From Alteracholeplasma palmae J233 (lineage in GTDB: Bacteria; Bacillota_I; Bacilli_A; Acholeplasmatales; Acholeplasmataceae), in the NCBI RefSeq assembly GCF_000968055.1, contig NC_022538.1, positions 755,499 through 779,498 of the forward strand: a stretch of DNA of 24,000 bases, read 5' to 3'. The notes below the pieces were generated by a model that did not search any database, was not told the origin of the DNA, and saw only the letters and a list, made by a program, of their open reading frames with translations. A program made the position numbers and the translations under genes. Below are positions 7,635 to 16,187 of the stretch, in pieces. Numbering within the stretch: position 1 is the stretch's first letter; the number at the start of each line of letters is the position of its first letter.

Positions 7635-8846
7635 ATGGCAATCAGACATTCTTTAAAAATGAAAAAAGTTACAATTGAATATTTAGACCAATATAACGAA
7701 TTACTAAGATATGTATTTCAAGTGACTAATAGAGATTTAACACAGACTGGTTGGCAAGAAGATGAAATACTAAAAGATAAAACACCAGCACTTGAAAAAT
7801 CAAATGTTATTGGATGGTTTGATCAAGATAAATTAGTTTCTCAAATTGCTATTTACGACTTTAATGTTAGAATTTATGGTAAAACCTTTAAAATGGCAGG
7901 AGTAACTGGAGTTGGTACTTTTCCAGAATACTCAAATAAAGGGCTTATGCAAAAACTCATCTATCAAGCATTAGTTGAAATGAGAGACAAAAAACAAACG
8001 ATCGCTTACTTATTCCCATATTCAATTCCATACTATAGAAAAAAAGGATGGGAACTCATTTCAAATAAAATAAGTTATGAAATTAGTGACTACCAATTAC
8101 CTAAATATAAGAAAGTCTTAGGAGATGTTGTTAGAGTTGATCCTGAAGGAGAAGAAATAAGACAAGCTTATGAGTCATTTTCTATGCAAACTCATGGTGC
8201 TCTTTTAAGAGATGATATCGCTTGGAGTGAGTATTACCGTTGGGATAGACCAGATATCATGGCAGCTATTTATTATAGTGAGAAAGAAAAAATAGAAGGG
8301 GCATTGATTTATTATATAGATAACGAAATCTTTTATATTAAAGAAATGTTTTTCCTAAATGAAGATGCTAGAACTGCTTTATGGAATTTTATTAGTGCAC
8401 ACTTTTCTATGATTAGCAAAGTTAAAGGTGATACTTATACAAATGAACTCTTATCTTTCTTATTAGAAGATGCTGATATTAAAGAAACCATCTCACCATA
8501 TTTTATGGCAAGAATTGTTGATGTGACAGATTTTATTGAAGCCTATCCATTTAAACAAGATACACATGATAGAAAATGGATTTTCAACTTACAAGATCCC
8601 CTTTTAGAATGGAATACAGGAACATTTGAGTTAACTATTACAAAAAAAGGTAAAGCTAAAATAACAAAAGTGAATATAAAGACAGAAGACTCAATTGACA
8701 TACAGTCACTTACTACCATGCTTTTAGGTTATAAACGACCTGAATACTTAAAACAAATTAGAAGAATTGTTGCTAGTGATGAAACAATAGATATGTTAGA
8801 AGATGCAATTGAACAACAAGAACCTTATTTTTCAGACTATTTTTAA
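7635..8846 (+). CDS. GNAT-family N-acetyltransferase, Eis-like (GNAT plus SCP2-like C-terminal region)
   Basis: SD 'aggagg' (7621-7626) lies 8 nt before the ATG. The GNAT acetyl-CoA block is 'MAGVTGVGTFPEYSNKGLMQKLIYQAL...YLFPYSIPYYRKKGWE'. The ~400-aa length and the C-terminal tail ending in 'PYFSDYF' are typical of Eis-type enzymes. Confidence 0.7.
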   Translation: MAIRHSLKMKKVTIEYLDQYNELLRYVFQVTNRDLTQTGWQEDEILKDKTPALEKSNVIGWFDQDKLVSQIAIYDFNVRIYGKTFKMAGVTGVGTFPEYSNKGLMQKLIYQALVEMRDKKQTIAYLFPYSIPYYRKKGWELISNKISYEISDYQLPKYKKVLGDVVRVDPEGEEIRQAYESFSMQTHGALLRDDIAWSEYYRWDRPDIMAAIYYSEKEKIEGALIYYIDNEIFYIKEMFFLNEDARTALWNFISAHFSMISKVKGDTYTNELLSFLLEDADIKETISPYFMARIVDVTDFIEAYPFKQDTHDRKWIFNLQDPLLEWNTGTFELTITKKGKAKITKVNIKTEDSIDIQSLTTMLLGYKRPEYLKQIRRIVASDETIDMLEDAIEQQEPYFSDYF

Positions 8847-8870
8847 AATTTAAAACAAAGAGAGGCATTT

Positions 8871-10238
8871 ATGGAAAAACTAAAAAGAAAATATAATTTA
8901 CTAACAACAATTTCATTAGTAATAGGAATTGTTATGGGATCGGGGATTTTTCTTAAAAATATATCAATTTTAAGAAATACAGGAGGAAACATTTTACTTT
9001 CATCATTAGTCTTTATTATTGTAGGAATCATAATGATTGTATCTGCATACTCTTTTTCGTTAGCAGCGACTAAAATAGAAAAAGTGAATGGTGTTATAGA
9101 TTATATAGAAGATGCTGTAGGATCTAAGGGTGCCTATTATGCAGGGTTTTACTTAAATTTTGTTTATCTTCCTATAATTGGCGCGATACTTTGCTATTTA
9201 TCTGCAAGTTTTTTTAGGCAACTAGTAGGAGTAGAAAACTCATGGTTTGTTATTTATATGGGAGTTATTTTTATGTCACTATCTTTTTTAGTGAATATAG
9301 CAGCCCCAAAAATAGCAGGAAAATTTCAAGTATCAACAACTATTATTAAATTAGTTCCTATCTTGATTATGGGGACAATAGGAATTGTTATAGGCATTCA
9401 GTCGGATACTACTGTAATTGTTGAAATTGCGGAGACAAAGAATATCAAATTCTTTGATGCTTTACTAGCGGCAGCTTTTGCTTATGAGGGATGGATTATT
9501 TCTACAACAGTCAATGCTGAGGTAGAAAATAGTAAGAAAAATCTGCCTAGAGCACTTATTATAGGCTGTATCACAGTAATTGTTTGTTATGTTATTTATA
9601 ACATAGGAATTACTTCAATCATAGGTTCTAAGGCTATTTTAGAGTCAGCAAATGATCAAAGCATAGTTGAAAATGCTTTTACTAAACTATTCTTCAATAA
9701 TCCAATAGGGGGAAAGTTATTTTTACTATTTATATTTATTAGTTGTCTTGGAGTATTAAATGGTCTTACAATGGGAGTTACACGTGGAATGTATTCGTTA
9801 GCGGTTAGAAACCAAGGACCTAAACCAGAAGTCTTTAAAAAATTAAATAAAAAGACAAATACATCTATAGCAAGTGGCATTTTAGCATATATATTAACCT
9901 TTTTGTTTTTCTTATATTTTGTTTTAGCGCTTAGTTTTAATAAAGTTTCAGCTAATATAGATGAAATATCAATTGCTTTTTTATATGCATTCTACTTAGT
10001 TATATACTTTAATATTATGAAAAATTATAAAGAATTATCTTTTTTTAAAAGGTTTGTTATTCCAGGACTTGCAATCCTAGGATCACTTTTTTTAATCTAT
10101 GCATCATTTAATGTTTTATATACTACCTTAGTGGACAAAACATTAACGATTCACCAAAGAATACCCTATATTTTAATTATCATTGTTATTTCAATTATTA
10201 TCGCAAGAGTTTTTTATAAAAAAGATAAAATTAAGTGA
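8871..10238 (+). CDS. APC-superfamily amino-acid permease
   Basis: SD 'agagagg' precedes the ATG. The product is a ~12-TM hydrophobic protein with an N-terminal 'GIVMGSGIFL' motif (the GSGIF signature of amino-acid/polyamine/organocation permeases) and 'FAYEGW'. Confidence 0.75.
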   Translation: MEKLKRKYNLLTTISLVIGIVMGSGIFLKNISILRNTGGNILLSSLVFIIVGIIMIVSAYSFSLAATKIEKVNGVIDYIEDAVGSKGAYYAGFYLNFVYLPIIGAILCYLSASFFRQLVGVENSWFVIYMGVIFMSLSFLVNIAAPKIAGKFQVSTTIIKLVPILIMGTIGIVIGIQSDTTVIVEIAETKNIKFFDALLAAAFAYEGWIISTTVNAEVENSKKNLPRALIIGCITVIVCYVIYNIGITSIIGSKAILESANDQSIVENAFTKLFFNNPIGGKLFLLFIFISCLGVLNGLTMGVTRGMYSLAVRNQGPKPEVFKKLNKKTNTSIASGILAYILTFLFFLYFVLALSFNKVSANIDEISIAFLYAFYLVIYFNIMKNYKELSFFKRFVIPGLAILGSLFLIYASFNVLYTTLVDKTLTIHQRIPYILIIIVISIIIARVFYKKDKIK

Positions 10239-10272
10239 AATATAATTGAGTAGAAAAACGCATTAAAATAGG

Positions 10273-10308
10273 AAACATGCTACAATAATACATATAGCAT
10301 GTTTTTTA
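10273..10308 (+). terminator. Rho-independent terminator
   Basis: A 10-bp stem, 'aaacatgcta' (10273-10282) paired with 'tagcatgttt' (10295-10304), is followed by a T-run. Confidence 0.7.
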
Positions 10309-10357
10309 ATTTAATAAGACCTGTAAAATATTTTTATAAAATTAAAGGAGAACAGAT

Positions 10358-10762
10358 ATGAGCTTTTTAAAACTATTTGGTATTTCGGTTCTGGTATTTT
10401 TTGTAATTGATATTATTTGGTTAGCTTTAATATCAAGAAATTTGTATCAAAGTCAAATAGGGTTCTTAATGAAAGAAAAAGTTAACTGGGCTGCAGCAAT
10501 CATCTTTTATTTTATCTTTATTGCAGGAATGACTTATTTAATTTTAATGCCTTCAGTTGAACACAATTATAGTTATCTAAGAATCATGATAACAGGGGCG
10601 GTCTTTGGCTTAGTATGTTATGCAACATATGATTTAACTAATCTAGCGACATTAAAAGACTGGCCACTTAAAATAACGATTATTGATCTTATTTGGGGGA
10701 CAACCCTAGGTTCTGTAACAAGTCTTATTACAATATATTTATACAAACTTATAACAAAATAA
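10358..10762 (+). CDS. Small 4-TM membrane protein (DUF2177-like)
   Basis: SD 'aaaggag' precedes the ATG. The product is 134 aa with four hydrophobic helices. The DUF2177 assignment is from memory of size and topology only. Confidence 0.5.
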   Translation: MSFLKLFGISVLVFFVIDIIWLALISRNLYQSQIGFLMKEKVNWAAAIIFYFIFIAGMTYLILMPSVEHNYSYLRIMITGAVFGLVCYATYDLTNLATLKDWPLKITIIDLIWGTTLGSVTSLITIYLYKLITK

Positions 10763-10774
10763 AAGAGGTAACTT

Positions 10775-12544
10775 ATGGAAATCACAGTATTAACAACGGA
10801 TTTAGTATATCAATCATTTATACTTGCTGCTAAGAATGTTATTAAAGAAAAAAAATTATTAAATGATTTAAATGTGTTTCCGGTTGCTGATAGTGATACA
10901 GGTAATAACTTAGCATCATTAATGGCATCTATTATTGAAAAAGCACAAAAAAGTGATAACTTAAATGATACATTAAATTCAATTTCTAATGCAGCAATCT
11001 ATGGTGCTAAAGGTAACTCAGGAATTATCTTTGCTCAATATATACAAGGTTTTTCTGAACAAGCAAGAAGTAATCAAATTACTATGGAAGAATTTAGTGT
11101 AAGGTTAGAAGAAGCTTTTCAAAGAGCATATGAGGCGATTTTACATCCAGTAGAAGGAACCATTATTACACTGATGCGAATTTTTTCTCAAACTGTAAAA
11201 AAATTATTGAATAAATCAGCTAATTTCGCTGATTTACTTAATAAAAGCTATGAAGAATTATTAATTGAGTTAGATAAAACACCTGAAAAATTACAAGTCT
11301 TAAAAGACAATAAAGTAATTGATGCAGGTGCTAAAGGATTTGTTTTATTTATTGAAGGATTTATAAAGGCTTTAGAAGGAACTGAAATAGAACTCTCTAA
11401 AGAATATATCTCTGAAATAAGTGAACAAAAAGGGCATATTGAAAAATCTAGTTTTAGATATTGTACAGAAGCATTAATTAAAAACGATCATAAAATGAGC
11501 GCAAGTGAAATTAGACAAGAACTCAGCCAATTAGGTGATTCATTAGTAGTCGCTAATACAAGTGATTACATTAGAGTTCATATTCATAGTGACAATCCAG
11601 AAAAAGTATTTAATACGCTCAGTCAAAAGGGTTTAATTGTTGAACAAAAAATAGATGATATGAAAAGACAATATGAAGTTGCGAATAAAAGAAAAAACGA
11701 TATTGCCTTAGTAACCGATTCTATTGCAGATTTACCAAAAGAACTAATTGATAAATATCAAATACATGTACTACCAGCAACCATTACTATTAATGAGATG
11801 ACATACTTTGATAAATTAAGTATCACTAATGAAAAGATTTATAAAAACATGGAAGAAAAAGATTTTTATCCATCTTCAAGTCAACCTAATATCAAGGTGA
11901 TAGAAAATTTACTAAAATTCTTAAATGAATATTACAAAGAAATCATTATTCTTAGCGTCTCTAGTAAAATGAGTGGGACATATCAAGTTTTTAGCCAAGT
12001 GGTAAAAAATTTAAAATTAGATAAAGTGACTTTAGTAGATAGCAAACGTAACTCAGGTGCTGAAGGACTATTAGTTTTAAAAACAGCGTTAATGATTGAT
12101 AATAAAATGAGTAAAGAAAAAATATTAGAAGAATTAGAAAAAGATATTCTAAAATCACAAATTTTAGTCAGCGTTAAAAATCTTAAATACATGGTGAGAT
12201 CAGGTAGACTAACAAAAACTAAAGGATTATTAGTTAAATTGTTAAATGTTAAACCAATTGTTAAAATTAATAACGAAGGTATTGGTGAAATTACAGATAA
12301 AGCATTTTCTATTAAAAAAGCGAATCAAAAGCTTTTGGATATGATTAGAAAAGTTCACCAAGAAAAAGAAATTATTTATTATAACATCGTCCATGCAGAC
12401 GCATTAGATAGAGTTAAAGAATATGAAAAAGAATTAATTTCTATTATAGGAACTAAACCCAATTATATTACAGAAATATCATCTGTTATCGCAATGAATT
12501 CAGGAATAGGTTCGATTGCGGTTTCATATATAACTAAAAAATAG
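10775..12544 (+). CDS. DAK2 (FakA-type kinase N-terminal and middle domains) fused to a DegV (FakB-type fatty-acid-binding) domain
   Basis: SD 'agaggt' precedes the ATG. N-terminal DAK2 motifs are 'DSDTGNNL' and 'GAKGNSGII'. The middle region 'FRYCTEALI...LGDSLVVANTSDYIRVHIHSDNPEKV' is like the FakA/YloV central domain. The C-terminal half is classical DegV: 'IALVTDSIADLPKELIDKYQIHVLP', 'SSSQPN', 'SVSSKMSGTYQ' and 'LVDSKRNSGAEG'. Confidence 0.75.
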   Translation: MEITVLTTDLVYQSFILAAKNVIKEKKLLNDLNVFPVADSDTGNNLASLMASIIEKAQKSDNLNDTLNSISNAAIYGAKGNSGIIFAQYIQGFSEQARSNQITMEEFSVRLEEAFQRAYEAILHPVEGTIITLMRIFSQTVKKLLNKSANFADLLNKSYEELLIELDKTPEKLQVLKDNKVIDAGAKGFVLFIEGFIKALEGTEIELSKEYISEISEQKGHIEKSSFRYCTEALIKNDHKMSASEIRQELSQLGDSLVVANTSDYIRVHIHSDNPEKVFNTLSQKGLIVEQKIDDMKRQYEVANKRKNDIALVTDSIADLPKELIDKYQIHVLPATITINEMTYFDKLSITNEKIYKNMEEKDFYPSSSQPNIKVIENLLKFLNEYYKEIIILSVSSKMSGTYQVFSQVVKNLKLDKVTLVDSKRNSGAEGLLVLKTALMIDNKMSKEKILEELEKDILKSQILVSVKNLKYMVRSGRLTKTKGLLVKLLNVKPIVKINNEGIGEITDKAFSIKKANQKLLDMIRKVHQEKEIIYYNIVHADALDRVKEYEKELISIIGTKPNYITEISSVIAMNSGIGSIAVSYITKK

Positions 12545-12556
12545 GAGGAATTGATT

Positions 12557-13339
12557 ATGTTTTTTGCAGTAACTGGAATTGCTTTATTTGTCTTCTTTTT
12601 AATTGCCTTTATCATTGGTCAAGTAAAGAAGAATAATGGTTTAATTGATATTTTTTGGGGACTAGGTTTTGTAGTAGTTGCCTTAACAGGACTTATCTAC
12701 AAAAATAACTACAGTCTATTATCATTAGTTATAGTTGGAGTAACGCTTTTATGGGGACTTAGACTAGGAATCTATTTATTTATACGTAACTGGAATAAAA
12801 AAGAAGACTTTAGATATGTTAAAATGAGAGAAAAATGGAAAACACATCTTAAAACTAAAGCCTTTTTTAAAGTCTACTTAACACAAGCGATTATATTATA
12901 TGTTGTTTCAATGCCAATTCAATTAACTTTATATTTTGATATAAAAGTTGATGAATTATTACAATATATATTATTAGGAGTAGGTGTATGCTTCTGGTTA
13001 ATTGGATATTTCTTTGAAGTTGTAGGAGATACTCAATTAAGAAGATTTATTAAAAATCCAAACAATAAAGGAAAAATTATTCAAACTGGTGTATGGAAAT
13101 ACACAAGACACCCTAATTACTTTGGTGAAGTAGTTATGTGGTGGTCAATCTTTGTAATCTCACTAGCTACTTTAAATATCAATGTGATATATGGTATTGT
13201 TAGTCCAATTATTATGACATTGTTATTATTATTTGTAAGTGGTGTACCTTTATTAGAAAAAAGATATAGAGATCATGCTGAATATCAAGAATATGCTAAA
13301 AAGACATCTATCTTTATTCCATGGTTTCCTAAAAAATAA
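12557..13339 (+). CDS. DUF1295 / steroid-5-alpha-reductase-like polytopic membrane enzyme
   Basis: SD 'aggagg' (12543-12548) lies 8 nt before the ATG at 12557. The TTG at 12551 used by the ORF track is too close to the SD. The product is multi-TM with '[19 protein letters not shown]', the RHPNYFGE motif of this family. Confidence 0.65.
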   Translation: MFFAVTGIALFVFFLIAFIIGQVKKNNGLIDIFWGLGFVVVALTGLIYKNNYSLLSLVIVGVTLLWGLRLGIYLFIRNWNKKEDFRYVKMREKWKTHLKTKAFFKVYLTQAIILYVVSMPIQLTLYFDIKVDELLQYILLGVGVCFWLIGYFFEVVGDTQLRRFIKNPNNKGKIIQTGVWKYTRHPNYFGEVVMWWSIFVISLATLNINVIYGIVSPIIMTLLLLFVSGVPLLEKRYRDHAEYQEYAKKTSIFIPWFPKK

Positions 13340-13351
13340 ATATTAAAAGAT

Positions 13352-13379
13352 AAAGCTCCTTAGTTCAAAAAGGAGCTTT
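13352..13379. terminator. Bidirectional rho-independent terminator between convergent genes
   Basis: A 10-bp stem, 'aaagctcctt' (13352-13361) paired with 'aaggagcttt' (13370-13379), is flanked by an A-run upstream and a T-rich run downstream. It lies between the 3' ends of the DUF1295-like gene and the recombinase gene. Confidence 0.7.
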
Positions 13380-13393
13380 ATTATTTATAATGG

Positions 13394-14302
13394 CTATAAT
13401 TTATTTCGATAATTAAATTTTGCTAGAACTTGGCGCTTTCTTTTATTTGTAACCTCAGTATAAATTTGAGTAGTAGAAATACTAGCATGTCCTAATATTT
13501 CTTGGACTGATCTTATATCTGCACCATTGGCTAGTAAATTAGTCGCAAACGTATGTCTTAAATAATGAGGAGTAGCAGAAGGATTAATTTTAGCTAAATC
13601 TCGATATTTAGAAAAAACATCTTCAATTGCATAAATTGACATTGGATTTAAATATCTATTTATAAAAACAGATGAATGATTCACTGTAAATGTGTTTCTT
13701 AGTTTAATAAAATTTTTTAACCTATCCCAAGTAATTTGAGATGAAATATATACTAATCTTTGTTTTCTTCCTTTACCATGAATGAGTATAGTATGTTCAT
13801 GATATATAATATCTTCAAGCTTTAAAGCAACAACTTCATGTATTCTCATACCAGTAGTAATAAGTAAATCTAAAATAGCGGCATCCCTTATAGATATAAA
13901 TTGATTAAAAGAAGACTTTGTATTTTCCAAAGATGAATCAATTACTTTTAAAAGATTAGAGACTTCCTTAACTGTGAGTGTTTTAGGAAGTCTTTTCTCT
14001 TTTTTAAAACTAAATTTTAGTTTAAGTAAAGGTGTTGATTTAATTAAATTATCTTCAAATAGACAATTATAAAACATATTAATAGCTATAAGTTTTCGTT
14101 TAATAGAAGTATCTTTTAAGTTGCGTTCATTTCTAAGATGATTTAAATAACTAATAATATTTCTTTTTGTAATATCCACTTGTTCAAAATTTACAAAGTC
14201 TACTAAGTCTGAGTAGTAAGCTTTTATAGTTTTTGAAGATAAATTCTTAGAGTTTTCTATCTTTTCTAGAAAATAATTGATTTGTTTCGTTGTTTTCGTC
14301 AT
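13394..14302 (-). CDS. Tyrosine site-specific recombinase (XerC/XerD-like integrase family)
   Basis: SD 'aaggag' precedes the ATG. The N-terminal SAM-like block is 'TIKAYYSDLVDFVNF'. The catalytic region has 'TTGMRIHEVVALKLEDI' (Arg I), 'HGKGRKQR' (Lys), 'HYLRHTFAT' (HxxR) and 'LGHASISTTQIYTEV' (His/Tyr nucleophile). Confidence 0.85.
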   Translation of the reverse strand: MTKTTKQINYFLEKIENSKNLSSKTIKAYYSDLVDFVNFEQVDITKRNIISYLNHLRNERNLKDTSIKRKLIAINMFYNCLFEDNLIKSTPLLKLKFSFKKEKRLPKTLTVKEVSNLLKVIDSSLENTKSSFNQFISIRDAAILDLLITTGMRIHEVVALKLEDIIYHEHTILIHGKGRKQRLVYISSQITWDRLKNFIKLRNTFTVNHSSVFINRYLNPMSIYAIEDVFSKYRDLAKINPSATPHYLRHTFATNLLANGADIRSVQEILGHASISTTQIYTEVTNKRKRQVLAKFNYRNKL

Positions 14303-14394
14303 GTAATATTCTCCTTAGGACAGTTTCGCCCTACTCAATTGTATCAAATAGTGATAATATATAGACAAAATTTATTTTTACTATATTTGGTATA

Positions 14395-14419
14395 AATAAT
14401 AACAAATTATTGGAGGGAA
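14395..14419 (+). repeat. Left arm of a perfect 25-bp inverted repeat (AATAATAACAAATTATTGGAGGGAA) containing the SD of the 14421 gene
   Basis: This is the exact reverse complement of 17410-17434. It ends 1 nt before the ATG at 14421. An extended -10-like 'TGgTATAAA' (14388-14396) abuts and overlaps its outer end. Confidence 0.9.
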
Positions 14420-14420
14420 A

Positions 14421-16187
14421 ATGAAAAAATATAAACTGGCAAATAGAACTAAAACATCTTTAAATATATTCTTTATGTTATTGTTTTCTATTGGAATCAC
14501 CTTCTCATATTTTTATAGTAATGAAAGTAGTAATTATGTAAAAATAATTGCTGTAATTTGTGAAATATCGGCAATGGCATATTTTGTTATTCCAACTATT
14601 ATTGGAAATATATATTATGATGAAAAATATATAAAAATATCGACTGATTTATTTACTGATAGAAAAGAGACTATTAAGTTTGTAATTGATGAATTATATA
14701 CTATATTAAAGAATAAAAATTTAACAAAAATCATTTCTATAAAAACAAAAGATCAAAGTGGTGTCGGAAAAACAGAACTATTAAGAAAAATTAGAGATAT
14801 ATTTTATAACAAAGAACTTGCTAAAAAATATCTATCTGATGACTTTTACAAGTGGACGTATATAAAGAAAAAGATAGGTGATGCACATCTTGTTGATTAT
14901 AATCCTGATACATTTAATTCAATACAATATAATTATCCAAAAACAATATTTAAAATAAATCTTTTACTAGTGGATAATATGCCAGTTTTTTACGGTGATA
15001 TTAATAAAGATAATATAATTGTTTATTGTAAAATTACATCCGAAGAAGAATCTGTTTTATCTAATATGACAGTTACTGATATTAAGACACTCTACTCTAA
15101 AAAATTCTACAGAGATTTATCTGACGAGGAGGCTAGTATTGTTTTTGAAATAACTGGTGGAAATGTAAAAAATATTAATAAAATTTTACATGATGAATCA
15201 ACATTTACTTCATTTATTAAAAACCACAGAACAATTGCTGAAATTGAGTTTACTATGCAAATTGGAGATTATAAAAAAGCAAAAGAAATGTTAGATAATT
15301 TAAGTAGTAACCCAGCATTTATTAGACAATTAAGATTAAATGTAGATTTGGAGTTTGAGTATAAATTTTTAGAGGCTGATTTAACCCACTTGCAAAATAA
15401 TTATGTCGAATCAGTTGAGATGTTAGAGGCCCTTTTATCAAATATAATAATAGTAAATGATGATTTAAAAGCCAACAAAATAATAGAAAAAATATCCCAT
15501 ATAAAAAAACATATGGGAAAATTTAAGGAGGCACTAAAGTACATTTCTTATTTAGATAAAAATGATTTTACTTTAAGATCTCTGAGTTTATTATTACTTT
15601 CTTACACACAATATGATAATGAAGAGTATTTAAAGGAGTTTCTAAATAGTATAGATTATATAGAAATCAATAAGATTACATCAAATCATTTTAATGATCC
15701 TTACAAAACTTATAAAGGAGTAGCATTGATTTACAATAATCTAAAAATGAATAAACATGAAGAGATTAGTTTTGAAAATGCACACTCGGTTATAAATAGC
15801 ATTATTCAAATATATGAAAAACATAATAGCAGATTTATCACTAATTGCTATTTTATTAAGGCAGAGTTTTACAGACACCAAAAAAGATATGATTATGCGA
15901 TAATCTACTACTCAAAATGTTTAGATATATATATAATGAATAATGACTTTGATATATACTCTCTTGTTTACTGTATGATCAGGTATATTGAGATAACACA
16001 ACATAAAGATTTTAAACTAATCAATAAGATAGACTTAGAAAAAATAAAGACCATATGTACTGATAAAAAAATGTCATACAATTTAAAAATAGCGCATCAT
16101 TTATCAGAAATTATTGATGGTGTGAATTCTGAATCACTGGTTGCAAGTAAACTTTTTTTTGATAAAAATATTTTCCTTATTCCATAA
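14421..16187 (+). CDS. Membrane-anchored P-loop NTPase (NB-ARC/STAND-like) with a C-terminal TPR-like helical-repeat region
   Basis: Two N-terminal TM helices (LNIFFMLLFSIGITFSYFY; IIAVICEISAMAYFVIPTIIG). The P-loop is 'KDQSGVGKTELLRKI' (nt 14757-14780; GVGKT as in NB-ARC proteins, but the first Walker-A Gly is replaced by Asp). A Walker-B-like 'INLLLVDNM' follows. 'FEITGGNVKNINKIL' sits in the position of the GxP/'GLPLAL' helix. The C-terminal ~300 aa have repeated Y/L/A-rich helical pairs typical of TPRs ('YDYAIIYYSKCLDIY'). Confidence 0.45.
   Translation: MKKYKLANRTKTSLNIFFMLLFSIGITFSYFYSNESSNYVKIIAVICEISAMAYFVIPTIIGNIYYDEKYIKISTDLFTDRKETIKFVIDELYTILKNKNLTKIISIKTKDQSGVGKTELLRKIRDIFYNKELAKKYLSDDFYKWTYIKKKIGDAHLVDYNPDTFNSIQYNYPKTIFKINLLLVDNMPVFYGDINKDNIIVYCKITSEEESVLSNMTVTDIKTLYSKKFYRDLSDEEASIVFEITGGNVKNINKILHDESTFTSFIKNHRTIAEIEFTMQIGDYKKAKEMLDNLSSNPAFIRQLRLNVDLEFEYKFLEADLTHLQNNYVESVEMLEALLSNIIIVNDDLKANKIIEKISHIKKHMGKFKEALKYISYLDKNDFTLRSLSLLLLSYTQYDNEEYLKEFLNSIDYIEINKITSNHFNDPYKTYKGVALIYNNLKMNKHEEISFENAHSVINSIIQIYEKHNSRFITNCYFIKAEFYRHQKRYDYAIIYYSKCLDIYIMNNDFDIYSLVYCMIRYIEITQHKDFKLINKIDLEKIKTICTDKKMSYNLKIAHHLSEIIDGVNSESLVASKLFFDKNIFLIP

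Noticed and set aside
14303-14394. Extending the 25-bp IR into a long degenerate inverted repeat (~90 bp) that covers the outer flanks.
   Set aside because: Outside the 25-mer only patchy similarity is visible ('tgtcctaa..agaatat', 'attga'), with indels. In AT-rich sequence I cannot distinguish this from chance without an alignment statistic. It is mentioned only as a hint in the 17435-17955 finding.
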